The notes under the pieces: model-generated
What the model saw: the letters and a program-made list of their open reading frames with translations, nothing else
The model's database searches: none
Told to the model about the DNA's origin: nothing
Program-made: the position numbers and the translations under genes
NCBI GenBank assembly: GCA_003567725.1
Contig: PWYU01000088.1
Span: forward strand, 551-64,550
Reading direction: 5' to 3'
Length of the DNA: 64,000 nucleotides
Source of the DNA: Syntrophomonadaceae bacterium
Lineage (GTDB): Bacteria; Bacillota; Dethiobacteria; DTU022
Shown: one piece after another, positions 31,741 through 40,253 of the stretch
Layout of the letters: the number at the start of each line of letters is the position of its first letter
How positions within the stretch are numbered: position 1 is the first letter of the stretch

Positions 31741-34716
31741 ATGAATCCGGCCAAATATGAAGGCCTCTTTAAGTCCCAGGAATCAAACTTATCGATTTTC
31801 CACGATTTGATGCCTTTTAAAATAAAGGAAATACTGCTGGTTGCTACCGCATATGATGCCTATATCCTGGAAAGAGAGGGGCAGATATTTGAACAGATAT
31901 ACGGTGAATACTACCAGTTGAACATATCAAGCGCTCCCAGAATAACTTCGGTATTTTCTGTTGAAGATGCCCTGGAAGAGGTAAAGACCGGGCGCTTTGA
32001 TCTGGCTATTATTGTTACAGGGATTAATAAGGAAATGCCGCTCTTTTTGAGCAAAAGCATTCGTGAAATAAGCCCTGATCTGCCTATTTTACTATTGATC
32101 AACAATAACAATCAGATTAATCTCTATGCTGGCATGAAGGAAAGCCTGGTTGATGTTGACAAAATGTTTGTCTGGAATGGTGACAGCAATATCTTTCTGG
32201 CAATGATCAAGTACATTGAAGACTCGATTAATGCTGAAAGCGACACAAACAAGGGTGATGTCAGGGTTATTCTCGTTGTTGAAGATTCTATTCGTTATTA
32301 TTCACGTTACCTGCCCACCCTGTACAGTGTAATTATCAGTGAGGTGCATCGCTTGATTAGCGGAGAAGACGTTGATGCCCGCTACAAGCTATTAAAAATG
32401 CGAGCCCGGCCGAAAGTGCTTCTTGCTTCTAATCTTGAAGAAGCATTGATCCTTTTTGAAAAATATTACAAATATATGCTTTGTCTGATTACTGATGTTA
32501 CTTTTCCCGTGGAGGGCAAACCTGATCCCTTTGCAGGCAAAAAACTGGTTGAACATGTTAAAAGTAAGTTAACCGTACCGATTTTGGTTCAATCTTCTGA
32601 GCCAGAAAACATGACGCTTGCCCTCGATAATAAGCTTGCATTTATTGATAAAAATTCAAACAGGCTTTCCGCTGATCTGATTGACTTCTTTCACCTTCAC
32701 CTTGGCTTTGGCAATTTTTTATTCAAGGATACGAAGGGAAAGATTATTGCTGAGGCAAGATACTTAAAAGAGTTCGAGGTGCTAATTGATACGATCCCAC
32801 CTGAATCGATCACCTACCACAGCAACCGCAACGATTTTTCAACCTGGTTTATGGCCAAAGGTGAAATTAAAAGCGCTCTTCGCCTCAAAAAAGCAAGATC
32901 GGAAGACTTCAAAGGACCTGAAGAGATCCGGGTATTCATCAAACAGGTTTTGAGAGACAGGTGGCTTGAAAAGAAACGCGATTATATTTCTGTCTTTTCT
33001 GAGACTGCTTTCAAAGAAAAATCTTTTCTTATGCGCATATCAAACGGCTCTGTGGGTGGAAAAGGCAGAGGGATTGCTTTTACAGAATCAATTTTACAAA
33101 AAAAAGAGTTTAAAGATTTACTACACGACATTCATGTAACAATCCCGAAAACAATTATTGTCGGAACAGACGAATTTGAAAATTTTATAGAGCAGCTTGA
33201 TTATCGTGCATTAAGCGAGGCGGAAAGTGATTACCCGCAGTTGCGAAAGATCTTTGCCGATCTTAAACTGTCTTCACTTTTAAGCCAGCGGCTTACAAGA
33301 ATGCTGGCCAACTTGAAAGGGCCAATAGCAGTTAGAAGTTCCGGGCTTTTTGAAGACAGCCTTTCTCAACCTTTTTCCGGCATCTATGAAACATATTATC
33401 TGCCAAACAACCATCACGATCAAACAATAAGGCTTCAGCAGCTCGAAAATGCAATCAAGATGGTCTATGCTTCTGTCTTTGCTCCTTTGGCGCGCAGCTA
33501 TTTTGATTCGATTAACCATTCCATAGAAGAGGAAAAAATGGCCGTAATAGTACAGGAGCTGGTTGGCCAGGAATACAAGCAGCACTATTATCCGCATTTA
33601 AGTGGAGTAGCGCAATCTTACAACTACTATCCTTTTTCACATATGAAGCCCGAGGATGGTATAGGGCTTATTGCAGTAGGGCTGGGTAAAAGTATCGTCG
33701 ATGGCGAATCATCTTACCGGTTTTGCCCCAGGTATCCGAAAATGAATATGATGACTATTAAAGATTTACTGGCAAACACCCAGAGACATTTTTACGCTCT
33801 TAATTTAGAGAAAAATGACTTTAGCCTGATTGAAGGCTCTAATGCCACCCTTGATCGGCTTCCTGTTGAAGTAGCAGAAAAGCATGGCACTCTTAATTAC
33901 AGTGCGTCAGTTTATGATGCGTCAGCTAATACAATCAAACCGGGCTTACACGGCGATGGGCCAAGGATTGTTAATTTTAGCTATATCCTTGAATATAACC
34001 AGATCCCTTTGGCTTCAACAATTACAAGACTTCTTGATATTTTGCGGAGCGCTCTTGGAACGCCTGTTGAAATTGAGTTTTCGGTTGATCTTACCAGGAA
34101 TAATACAGGAAAGGCTTCATTTTATATTTTGCAGGTAAAACCGTTGATCAGAAGTATTGATAGTGCTGTGGTTGATACTTCTTTAGTTTCCAGAAAAAAA
34201 ATGATCCTTTACTCAAAACGAGGTATGGGCAATGGGATAATTGAAGGTGTCAGGGACATCGTCTACGTAGTCCCAGACAAGTTTAATCGAATGGAGACAA
34301 GGAAAATCGCCAAAGAGATCCATGCAGTGAATGCTTCAATGAAAGCTAAAAAGACCGGTTACATCCTGATCGGCCCGGGGCGCTGGGGCTCCAGTGACCC
34401 CTTTCTGGGCATCCCCGTTGATTGGGCAGCCATAAGCGAAGTTAAAGCAATAGTTGAAGCGGGAACAAAGGATTTTAACGTTGACGCCTCCTTGGGAAGC
34501 CATTTTTTCCATAATATTACTTCTATGAATATCGGCTATTTCACAGTGTCCGGTAAGGTTGAAAATGAATTCATCGATTATAATTACCTCAATAACAGCA
34601 AAGCAATCAGCGAATATGCTTACATCAGGCACATTAGACTACCTGCTCCCGTTACGGTAATCATGGACGGCAGGAGATCAACTTCATTAATCACCAGGGC
34701 AGGTGTAAAGGTATAG
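31741..34716 (+). CDS. Large multidomain protein: two receiver-like (CheY-fold) domains fused to a PEP-synthase/PPDK N-terminal ATP-grasp (PPDK_N) domain.
   Basis: 991 aa. REC-like blocks (KEILLVATAYD...; RVILVVEDSIRY...LITDVTFP...VPILVQSS) and a PPDK_N nucleotide-binding signature (SVGGKGRGIAF). No PEP-utilizer swivel-His or TIM-barrel C-terminal domain is evident. Confidence 0.65.
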   Translation: MNPAKYEGLFKSQESNLSIFHDLMPFKIKEILLVATAYDAYILEREGQIFEQIYGEYYQLNISSAPRITSVFSVEDALEEVKTGRFDLAIIVTGINKEMPLFLSKSIREISPDLPILLLINNNNQINLYAGMKESLVDVDKMFVWNGDSNIFLAMIKYIEDSINAESDTNKGDVRVILVVEDSIRYYSRYLPTLYSVIISEVHRLISGEDVDARYKLLKMRARPKVLLASNLEEALILFEKYYKYMLCLITDVTFPVEGKPDPFAGKKLVEHVKSKLTVPILVQSSEPENMTLALDNKLAFIDKNSNRLSADLIDFFHLHLGFGNFLFKDTKGKIIAEARYLKEFEVLIDTIPPESITYHSNRNDFSTWFMAKGEIKSALRLKKARSEDFKGPEEIRVFIKQVLRDRWLEKKRDYISVFSETAFKEKSFLMRISNGSVGGKGRGIAFTESILQKKEFKDLLHDIHVTIPKTIIVGTDEFENFIEQLDYRALSEAESDYPQLRKIFADLKLSSLLSQRLTRMLANLKGPIAVRSSGLFEDSLSQPFSGIYETYYLPNNHHDQTIRLQQLENAIKMVYASVFAPLARSYFDSINHSIEEEKMAVIVQELVGQEYKQHYYPHLSGVAQSYNYYPFSHMKPEDGIGLIAVGLGKSIVDGESSYRFCPRYPKMNMMTIKDLLANTQRHFYALNLEKNDFSLIEGSNATLDRLPVEVAEKHGTLNYSASVYDASANTIKPGLHGDGPRIVNFSYILEYNQIPLASTITRLLDILRSALGTPVEIEFSVDLTRNNTGKASFYILQVKPLIRSIDSAVVDTSLVSRKKMILYSKRGMGNGIIEGVRDIVYVVPDKFNRMETRKIAKEIHAVNASMKAKKTGYILIGPGRWGSSDPFLGIPVDWAAISEVKAIVEAGTKDFNVDASLGSHFFHNITSMNIGYFTVSGKVENEFIDYNYLNNSKAISEYAYIRHIRLPAPVTVIMDGRRSTSLITRAGVKV

Positions 34717-34789
34717 TGCTAATGGTTGGCCGCATCTTAATCATCATCTGTTCTAAAGAAAAACCCTTATTAAACATTTTTTTTGGAGC

Positions 34790-34838
34790 CGGCAAGAGGA
34801 TTTGAACCCCCAACTTGCTAATTATGATTCAGTTAAGA
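34790..34838 (-). repeat. Partial copy (45/49 identical) of the 3' end of tRNA-Thr at 37621-37696; candidate att-site remnant.
   Basis: TGGAGCCGGCAAGAGGATTTGAACCCCCAACTTGCTAATTATGATTCAG against the tRNA's TGGAGCCGGCAAGAGGACTTGAACCCCCAACCTGCTGATTACGATTCAG. Same orientation; similarity ends inside the anticodon arm. Confidence 0.7.
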
Positions 34839-35310
34839 ACATTTCTTATTGTTTATGGATAGGCAGTCAAAAGCCAGTTTTTCCCTTATTCTATGGGCTA
34901 TAAAGCACATTGCAATTCTTGTTGCGTTGAGCTGTCTCTTACCCTTTATGACCCTCTTGGCACACTAACGGCACACTATAATTCACTTTTTAACTGCTCT
35001 GTTTTACCTACTTGAAAGTAAGCCAAAATCTGCTTTTCATTTTGAGAAAAACCTCGTTTTTTAAATTCCGGGACATAAAAGCGGCCCGTCATTTAAATTA
35101 GGTAAACATGTTGAAGTCTTTGATAAGGTGAAATTTTAAAAACCCCCGAAGGGAGTTGTGCCCCGAGGGGTTATATTGGATTAGTTTAATGATCTAGTTT
35201 TTAATATACAATTGTGTATATCAGAGCAGGTTACTCCATTATAAAACAAGAAGTAAAATATAAAGCAACCATTTCACCAAACCATTTTTAGAAAGAAGGT
35301 GTTTCTTCTT

Positions 35311-35715
35311 ATGCTGGCTGATTTAATTCGTCAAAGGTTCGGAGAAGGAAACATAAGCTTTAACTGAGCAGAGAAAATTCTTTATGGCGCTAACAAGACC
35401 TACAATTTAGGTCTTACAAAAAACGCCCTAAAGATGTCTGCCGGTTTCGGTGGAGGAATTGGAGTTGAAAAGACTTGTGGTGCCTTAATATCGGGTGTAA
35501 TGGTTTTGAGTATAATAAACGTGCAGGACAGGGCACATGAAAATGACAGGATTAAGGAACTCACCCGAGAATTTTTGGAGAATTATGTTGAAACAATGGG
35601 CAGTATAGATTGTGATTACTTGAAAGAAAATTACCGGACAGAAGAGGAAAAATGTTTTCGTGTAATTCTTAAAGCTGCAGAAATCTTGGATACCATGGTG
35701 ACCCGGGAAATTTAA
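35311..35715 (+). CDS. C_GCAxxG_C_C-family putative redox protein with an in-frame TGA (35365-35367) at the first conserved Cys; candidate selenoprotein, or a Cys-to-stop pseudogene.
   Basis: Frame from the ATG at 35311 (RBS GAAGGTG): MLADLIRQRFGEGNISFN-TGA-AEKILYGANKTYNLGLTKNALKMSAGFGGGIGVEKTCGALISGVMV...IDCDY...EKCFRV. This matches the family pattern GxNCAEAIL...SGFGGGMG...TCGAxxG with TGA replacing the first Cys. Hairpin GGCG-CUAAC-AAGACCU-ACAAUUU-AGGUCUU-ACAAAAAA-CGCC begins 19 nt after the TGA. The ORF track calls only the 3' part (35434-35715). Confidence 0.5.
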
Positions 35716-35805
35716 TAAATATTTGACATTTCATAATTACTACTATACGATAAATGATACTAAATACATTATTACTATAGCTTTACAGCCAAAAGAGGAT
35801 TAGTT

Positions 35806-35847
35806 ATGGGTAGACTGGACGGAAAGGTTGCAATTATTAAAGGATGA
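35806..35847 (+). pseudogene. 13-codon remnant of a short-chain dehydrogenase (SDR) N-terminus.
   Basis: RBS AAAAGAGGA then ATG: MGRLDGKVAIIKG*. This is the SDR N-terminus up to the cofactor motif (GKVAIITGA), cut by a stop. Confidence 0.35.
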
Positions 35848-35900
35848 TGTCTAAAATACTTTTGCAGGTACTACTAATATAATGGAGGGAGTAATTTGAT

Positions 35901-36335
35901 ATGAAAATTTTAGTTTGTACGGACGGGTCGGAACAAAGTCAAAAAGCCTTAGAAAAAGCTTCTTTAATTGCCGGTGGATGTAATGTTGACGAAGTAGCTA
36001 TAATTCATGTATACGAAGAAATACCCTTTCATGAAGCATATTCAAAAGAATATATTGCAAGACAAGTGAAACTGAAAGAAGAACAAAAAATAGCAGGGGA
36101 AAAGATCTTACAGAACGCATTATACTTTTTTGAAAAGAAGGGAATAAATGCACGTACAATTTTCAAAGAAGGACATCCGGCAGAAACTATAGTAGAAGTT
36201 GGTTGTGGAGAAAAATTTGATTTTATTGTTATTGGCAGTAGAGGGCTAGGTGGGTTGAAAAAAGCTTTACTTGGAAGCGTCAGTAATGCAGTAGTCCAGC
36301 AAGCAGAAAAGTGTTCAGTAATTGTAGTAAGATAA
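35901..36335 (+). CDS. Universal stress protein (UspA family).
   Basis: MKILVCTDGSEQSQKALEKA...IVIGSRGLGGLKKALLGSVSNAVVQQAEKCSVIVVR, the classic USP ATP-binding pattern. Confidence 0.85.
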   Translation: MKILVCTDGSEQSQKALEKASLIAGGCNVDEVAIIHVYEEIPFHEAYSKEYIARQVKLKEEQKIAGEKILQNALYFFEKKGINARTIFKEGHPAETIVEVGCGEKFDFIVIGSRGLGGLKKALLGSVSNAVVQQAEKCSVIVVR

Positions 36336-36907
36336 ATTTTTAAACAAATCTTTTTGATTAAATATTAAATAATATTTCTCAAAGTTTAGTACTCTGGGAA
36401 ATATTGTGTTGTTATAGGAATCCATGATCAATATCTCCTAACATAATTGGATAATGGACATAACCAGATCATACGCTCCAAATACTACTGCCAGTAGTAT
36501 ATACATCAATATTCAAGGCGATATTCGTTTATACCGCCAGGATTGATTATAGTATTAATCAGAACCAGCATTAATCAATCCACTTGAAACCTCATGTAAT
36601 TTAAAAATAATCTGCCTGTAATATTCTTGTAACCATCAGCCCTTATACTTAAAGCGAGTTGACCCCCTCTTTTTATATATTTTCATTGGGCACAGTAACT
36701 ATACTGTGCCCTTTCTTTTTTATATATTGGCTTAACCCGGTTTAAAATATCATAGAACTAACAAAACAGAATGCAGTTAACATAATGCATACTGGGCCTT
36801 GATTGACTGCTATAGTTGAAAGAAGTAAGGCTCTTGAATTAGCAAGCTATACAATGCTATACAAGGTTATTGGTATTAGACATTGCTTTGAGATATCATG
36901 CAACAAG

Positions 36908-36936
36908 TTGACATAATATATTTTCTATGGTAAAAT
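36908..36936 (+). promoter_or_regulatory. Sigma-A-type promoter for the small secreted-protein gene.
   Basis: TTGACA, a 17-nt spacer, then TAAAAT, about 45 nt upstream of the ATG at 36982. Confidence 0.5.
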
Positions 36937-36981
36937 AAAGATGTAGTGAGTAAGGTTTGAAAATGAAAAGAGGAGAATGTT

Positions 36982-37398
36982 ATGAAAAAATATATTGGGT
37001 TGATGATTGTTTTAATTATAGGCTTTGCTTTCATTACTACAGGCTTCACCATGAGCACATCTGATTCTGAACCTCTGACCAGTCAAGTTTGGGCGGTCAG
37101 TGTTTCTGCAGATCACGGAGAAGTAGGTTCTTTAAATCAGAATTTCCAGGCAGCTCACGGGGCATATGAAAATGTCGGTGATGATGATTATGTAGGTGAT
37201 TACTTTAACATTGAGCAGGATTCCTACGTTTCATCCGGTGAAACCAAGCGCTATATCGATATCAGCAGTCCATATTCTGGCGCTTACCTAAGTGAAGATA
37301 TGACTGTTATCGGAATAACCTCAATTCGGGAAACTTTTTCGATGGAGAATTTCCCGGCAGGCTCAGCTGCAACAGTTAGCTGGTGGGATCTTTTTTAA
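36982..37398 (+). CDS. Small secreted or membrane-anchored protein of unknown function, acidic and Tyr/Ser/Gly-rich.
   Basis: 138 aa. N-terminal TM/signal (MKKYIGLMIVLIIGFAFITTGF); an RBS (AGAGGAGAA) and its own promoter and terminator. Confidence 0.6.
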   Translation: MKKYIGLMIVLIIGFAFITTGFTMSTSDSEPLTSQVWAVSVSADHGEVGSLNQNFQAAHGAYENVGDDDYVGDYFNIEQDSYVSSGETKRYIDISSPYSGAYLSEDMTVIGITSIRETFSMENFPAGSAATVSWWDLF

Positions 37399-37434
37399 GC
37401 AGTCTAACAATAATTGTGGTATTCATTAACTTGC

Positions 37435-37468
37435 AGAGAAGGGAGAAATTCTCCTTTCTCTTTTTTTA
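37435..37468 (+). terminator. Rho-independent terminator after the small secreted-protein gene.
   Basis: AGAGAAGGGA-gaaattc-TCCTTTCTCT followed by TTTTTTT. Confidence 0.75.
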
Positions 37469-37620
37469 ACAGTTAATAACCAATAATACTCAACAATTTA
37501 TGATGTCACTGTTGAATAAGTTGGACAATACATTAAGTAGCAAGTAAAAACCTTTCTGCACACAATACGCATACAAAAGGACTTGGAGATATTATCCAAA
37601 CCCCTAAAGTCTTTAAAAAA

Positions 37621-37696
37621 TGGAGCCGGCAAGAGGACTTGAACCCCCAACCTGCTGATTACGATTCAGCTGCTCTACCAATTGAGCTATGCCGGC
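37621..37696 (-). tRNA. tRNA-Thr (anticodon CGU), 76 nt with encoded CCA.
   Basis: The reverse complement folds as a cloverleaf: acceptor GCCGGCA/TGCCGGC, D-arm GCTC-AATTGGTA-GAGC, anticodon arm GCTGA-ATCGTAA-TCAGC (CGT at positions 34-36), T-arm GGGGG-TTCAAGT-CCTCT, discriminator T, CCA. Confidence 0.85.
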
Positions 37697-37734
37697 TTAT
37701 AGCAAAACAAGTATAGCTTAAATCCAGAGTCTGA

Positions 37735-38475
37735 TCAACTGGTACTCACCAGTTCAATATCCCCCCAGGCCGCTACTTTGCCTTCGCAAATTATCACAGC
37801 ACCGGTTATCCCTTGAATTTTTTCAGCATAGTTGAGGGCCGGTTCCAGATCAGATGCAGTTTTAACCATATTGCCAAGAGCAGTAGCACAAGCATCTGCC
37901 AGAGGCACTGAAGGTGAAAGAGCAACTGCTGCATCAGCCCTGCCAAAACTCAGAGAAGGGCCTACAAGCCCTGAAGAAGTACAAACTCCGAGCGGGGTTT
38001 GCCCGGGAGTGATTTTCAGTGCAAGCTTACCGCTAAGTTCTGAATTCCCGGCATAGATCCCAACATACAAAGGTTCAACGGCCTTTAAATATATATCTCC
38101 ACCGTTTTCAACCACCACTTCCCGGGCCAGATCTTTCAAATAAACGCCTACCAAATCGGCAAAAGCTCCCGCAACCGCTGCCATAGGGCCTACACCAGCC
38201 TGGTTGGCCGCTCTAATCATTAACCGGAACAATTCCGGAGGATTTCCTTCCAGAACACAGGGTTTGAGATTTGACATAAAATGTGGATATTGCTTAAGAT
38301 AATTTTCCAAGCTTTTACGTTCTTTATATACCAGCTGCTCAATGATTGAGGGCAGTTCTTCATGATAGGCATTTCTGTCAACAGCCACCCAGAGATCAGT
38401 TTCTTTTACTTTGACGGAAAAAAAACAGAGCCTTAAATCACTTGACTCTCTCCTGTAAACCCGTTTACTGCTCAT
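37735..38475 (-). CDS. UPF0280/COG2122-family protein, third member of the homocysteine-synthesis gene trio.
   Basis: 246 aa, translationally coupled (4-nt overlap) to the NIL-ferredoxin gene. Confidence 0.6.
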   Translation of the reverse strand: MSSKRVYRRESSDLRLCFFSVKVKETDLWVAVDRNAYHEELPSIIEQLVYKERKSLENYLKQYPHFMSNLKPCVLEGNPPELFRLMIRAANQAGVGPMAAVAGAFADLVGVYLKDLAREVVVENGGDIYLKAVEPLYVGIYAGNSELSGKLALKITPGQTPLGVCTSSGLVGPSLSFGRADAAVALSPSVPLADACATALGNMVKTASDLEPALNYAEKIQGITGAVIICEGKVAAWGDIELVSTS

Positions 38476-38897
38476 TTTGAATTAGAGTTTTCAACCAGGG
38501 TTTCCATTGCCCGGGCTGGGCAAGCTCTAAGGCATAGTTCACATACCACGCATTTGTATTCATCAAAACTCACTGTCATTTCGGGGCGATTAAAAGCCAG
38601 GGCTTCTGTTGGGCAGATTACAGTACAGGCTCCGCAGTGGGTGCAGCGATCTGATCGCCATATAATTTGCTGCTCCAAACCCATAATATGCAAACCCTGC
38701 TCTCTTAACCATTCTATAGCCCGCTGGTAATTCAATTCACTACCGCTGAGCTCCATCATTAAGCGCCCTTCTTTTTTCGGGTTTATATCAGCCCTCAGAA
38801 TATTTACCATCAAATCAAAATCTTTAATGAGGTGGTATATGGTTGGCTGCTCTACCACATGCGGCGGATAGCGAAGCACAATCTTTTGTTTAATCAT
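38472..38897 (-). CDS. NIL-domain plus 2x[4Fe-4S] ferredoxin protein (MA1822-like).
   Basis: N-terminal NIL domain and C-terminal CxxCxxCxxxCP motifs (CTHCGACTVICP and CVVCELCLRACP). Confidence 0.8.
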   Translation of the reverse strand: MIKQKIVLRYPPHVVEQPTIYHLIKDFDLMVNILRADINPKKEGRLMMELSGSELNYQRAIEWLREQGLHIMGLEQQIIWRSDRCTHCGACTVICPTEALAFNRPEMTVSFDEYKCVVCELCLRACPARAMETLVENSNSK

Positions 38898-38899
38898 TC

Positions 38900-40117
38900 T
38901 TAAACCTCCCGTTTATCCGGATCTTTTTGGGGCAAAGCATTTAATTTAATCTCAGCTTCTATGGAAGGCAGGGGTGCTGAAGGAGCAGTCAATGTAAACT
39001 GTCCGGCTTCTATCCAATCCTTAAGCGTGCCGGCAATTTCACGAGCTCCTGCATAACTGGAAAGAGAAGCAGTGGGGACAGCCTGACCATTTATATTAAT
39101 AGATCCGCTTTTTAGATCGGCATAAGAAACCAGGGTCAGCTCAGTGCCTTCTTTATAAGGGTAGCCTCGGTTATAATCAACAACCGGTGCGTATAAATCT
39201 TCATCTCGCACCGAACAGTAACGCATAATCTCTTCATTTAGAATGGGAATAGGGACACCCATTCCAACCTGGATAGTTGCACCGTAACCCAGAAAGCTGA
39301 GCCCTCTAAGCCAGCGTGAATCCATTTGTTTCAAATCGCCGATTAAAGCCAATGTTGCTCCAGGATAAACTGGAGTGTCATTTTCGGCTCTTTTTGCAGA
39401 AGGGTTGTGCTGAGTGCCGTGCCAGGCCACATAACCAAGCCCGCCGCCTAAAAATATCCTGGTCCCGATGCCAATCGTTTTTAATAAGGGATCGTTGAAC
39501 AGGGGGCTCAATTGTCCGGCTGAACTGTAATTGGCATTACCCATATTCATTTTAAGAACACCCATATAGGTATAAATCGTTTTTGGGCCCAGGTTAACCG
39601 CAACATTATAATTTTGATAGGCATTTCGTGGGTTATAAAGGGTAGCCTCGTTTATTTCTGAAAGGCGAATAGTGGTTTCAATCCTTTTTAGTGGATAACA
39701 GTCGGTTCCGTAAGCGCTTGCTTCTAACCTGATTGCTTTGCCGGATACCAGATCTTCAATCACATGCCCACCGCCGTAGATAAAGTCACCGGGGTGTTTA
39801 AGGTTAGCCGGGTCACTGGTTGGCAAAGCTGTTGCTCCAATATATAGATCTACTGCAGCAATACCGGCATAAGCGGGAACGCTGTTTAAAGACACTTCAT
39901 TTAATTTTATCCTCGGTGTAGGATGGCCTACATTCAAAAAAGCCCCGGAAGAACACATCGGCCCAAATGTCCCGGTTGTTACAACATCTACCTGAGCAGA
40001 TGCTTCTTCCAGCCCTTTTTCCTTGACCACATCAATAATTTCTTCTGCTGTAAATACCACAGCTTTCCCGGCTTTAATTTTTTCATTTATCTCTTCTATA
40101 CTGCGATTTATTTTCAC
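38900..40117 (-). CDS. DUF39/COG1900 homocysteine biosynthesis protein (MA1821-like), GTG start.
   Basis: 405 aa, GTG start preceded by AGGGAGG. The length matches the sulfide-dependent homocysteine synthesis protein described in methanogens; it is directly upstream of its usual NIL-ferredoxin partner. Confidence 0.7.
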   Translation of the reverse strand: MKINRSIEEINEKIKAGKAVVFTAEEIIDVVKEKGLEEASAQVDVVTTGTFGPMCSSGAFLNVGHPTPRIKLNEVSLNSVPAYAGIAAVDLYIGATALPTSDPANLKHPGDFIYGGGHVIEDLVSGKAIRLEASAYGTDCYPLKRIETTIRLSEINEATLYNPRNAYQNYNVAVNLGPKTIYTYMGVLKMNMGNANYSSAGQLSPLFNDPLLKTIGIGTRIFLGGGLGYVAWHGTQHNPSAKRAENDTPVYPGATLALIGDLKQMDSRWLRGLSFLGYGATIQVGMGVPIPILNEEIMRYCSVRDEDLYAPVVDYNRGYPYKEGTELTLVSYADLKSGSININGQAVPTASLSSYAGAREIAGTLKDWIEAGQFTLTAPSAPLPSIEAEIKLNALPQKDPDKREV

Positions 40118-40190
40118 CAGGCAACTACCTCCCTATTATTAGCAAACATTATAACACTCAGATTTAAATAAGTCATTATTGAAATAGATC

Positions 40191-40220
40191 GAAAAGGCCC
40201 TGCTTATTAGGCAAGGGCCT
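40191..40220 (-). terminator. Rho-independent terminator after the cPGI gene.
   Basis: Minus strand: GGCCCUUGCC-UAAUAA-GCAGGGCC followed by UUUUCG. Confidence 0.55.
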
Positions 40221-40253
40221 TATAGCAAATATAATTATTATCTACCGTTAGGT

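Noticed and set aside
34940-34975. Possible sigma-54 promoter, TTGGCAC-N5-GGCAC.
   Set aside because: The -12 element (TTGCW) is absent and the GG-to-GC spacing is wrong; it is likely chance.
35365-35367. In-frame TGA treated simply as a nonsense mutation.
   Set aside because: Not fully rejected. The TGA lands exactly on the conserved redox Cys, the rest of the ORF has no further stops, and a hairpin follows at SECIS distance. It is therefore reported as a candidate Sec codon, with the pseudogene alternative stated.
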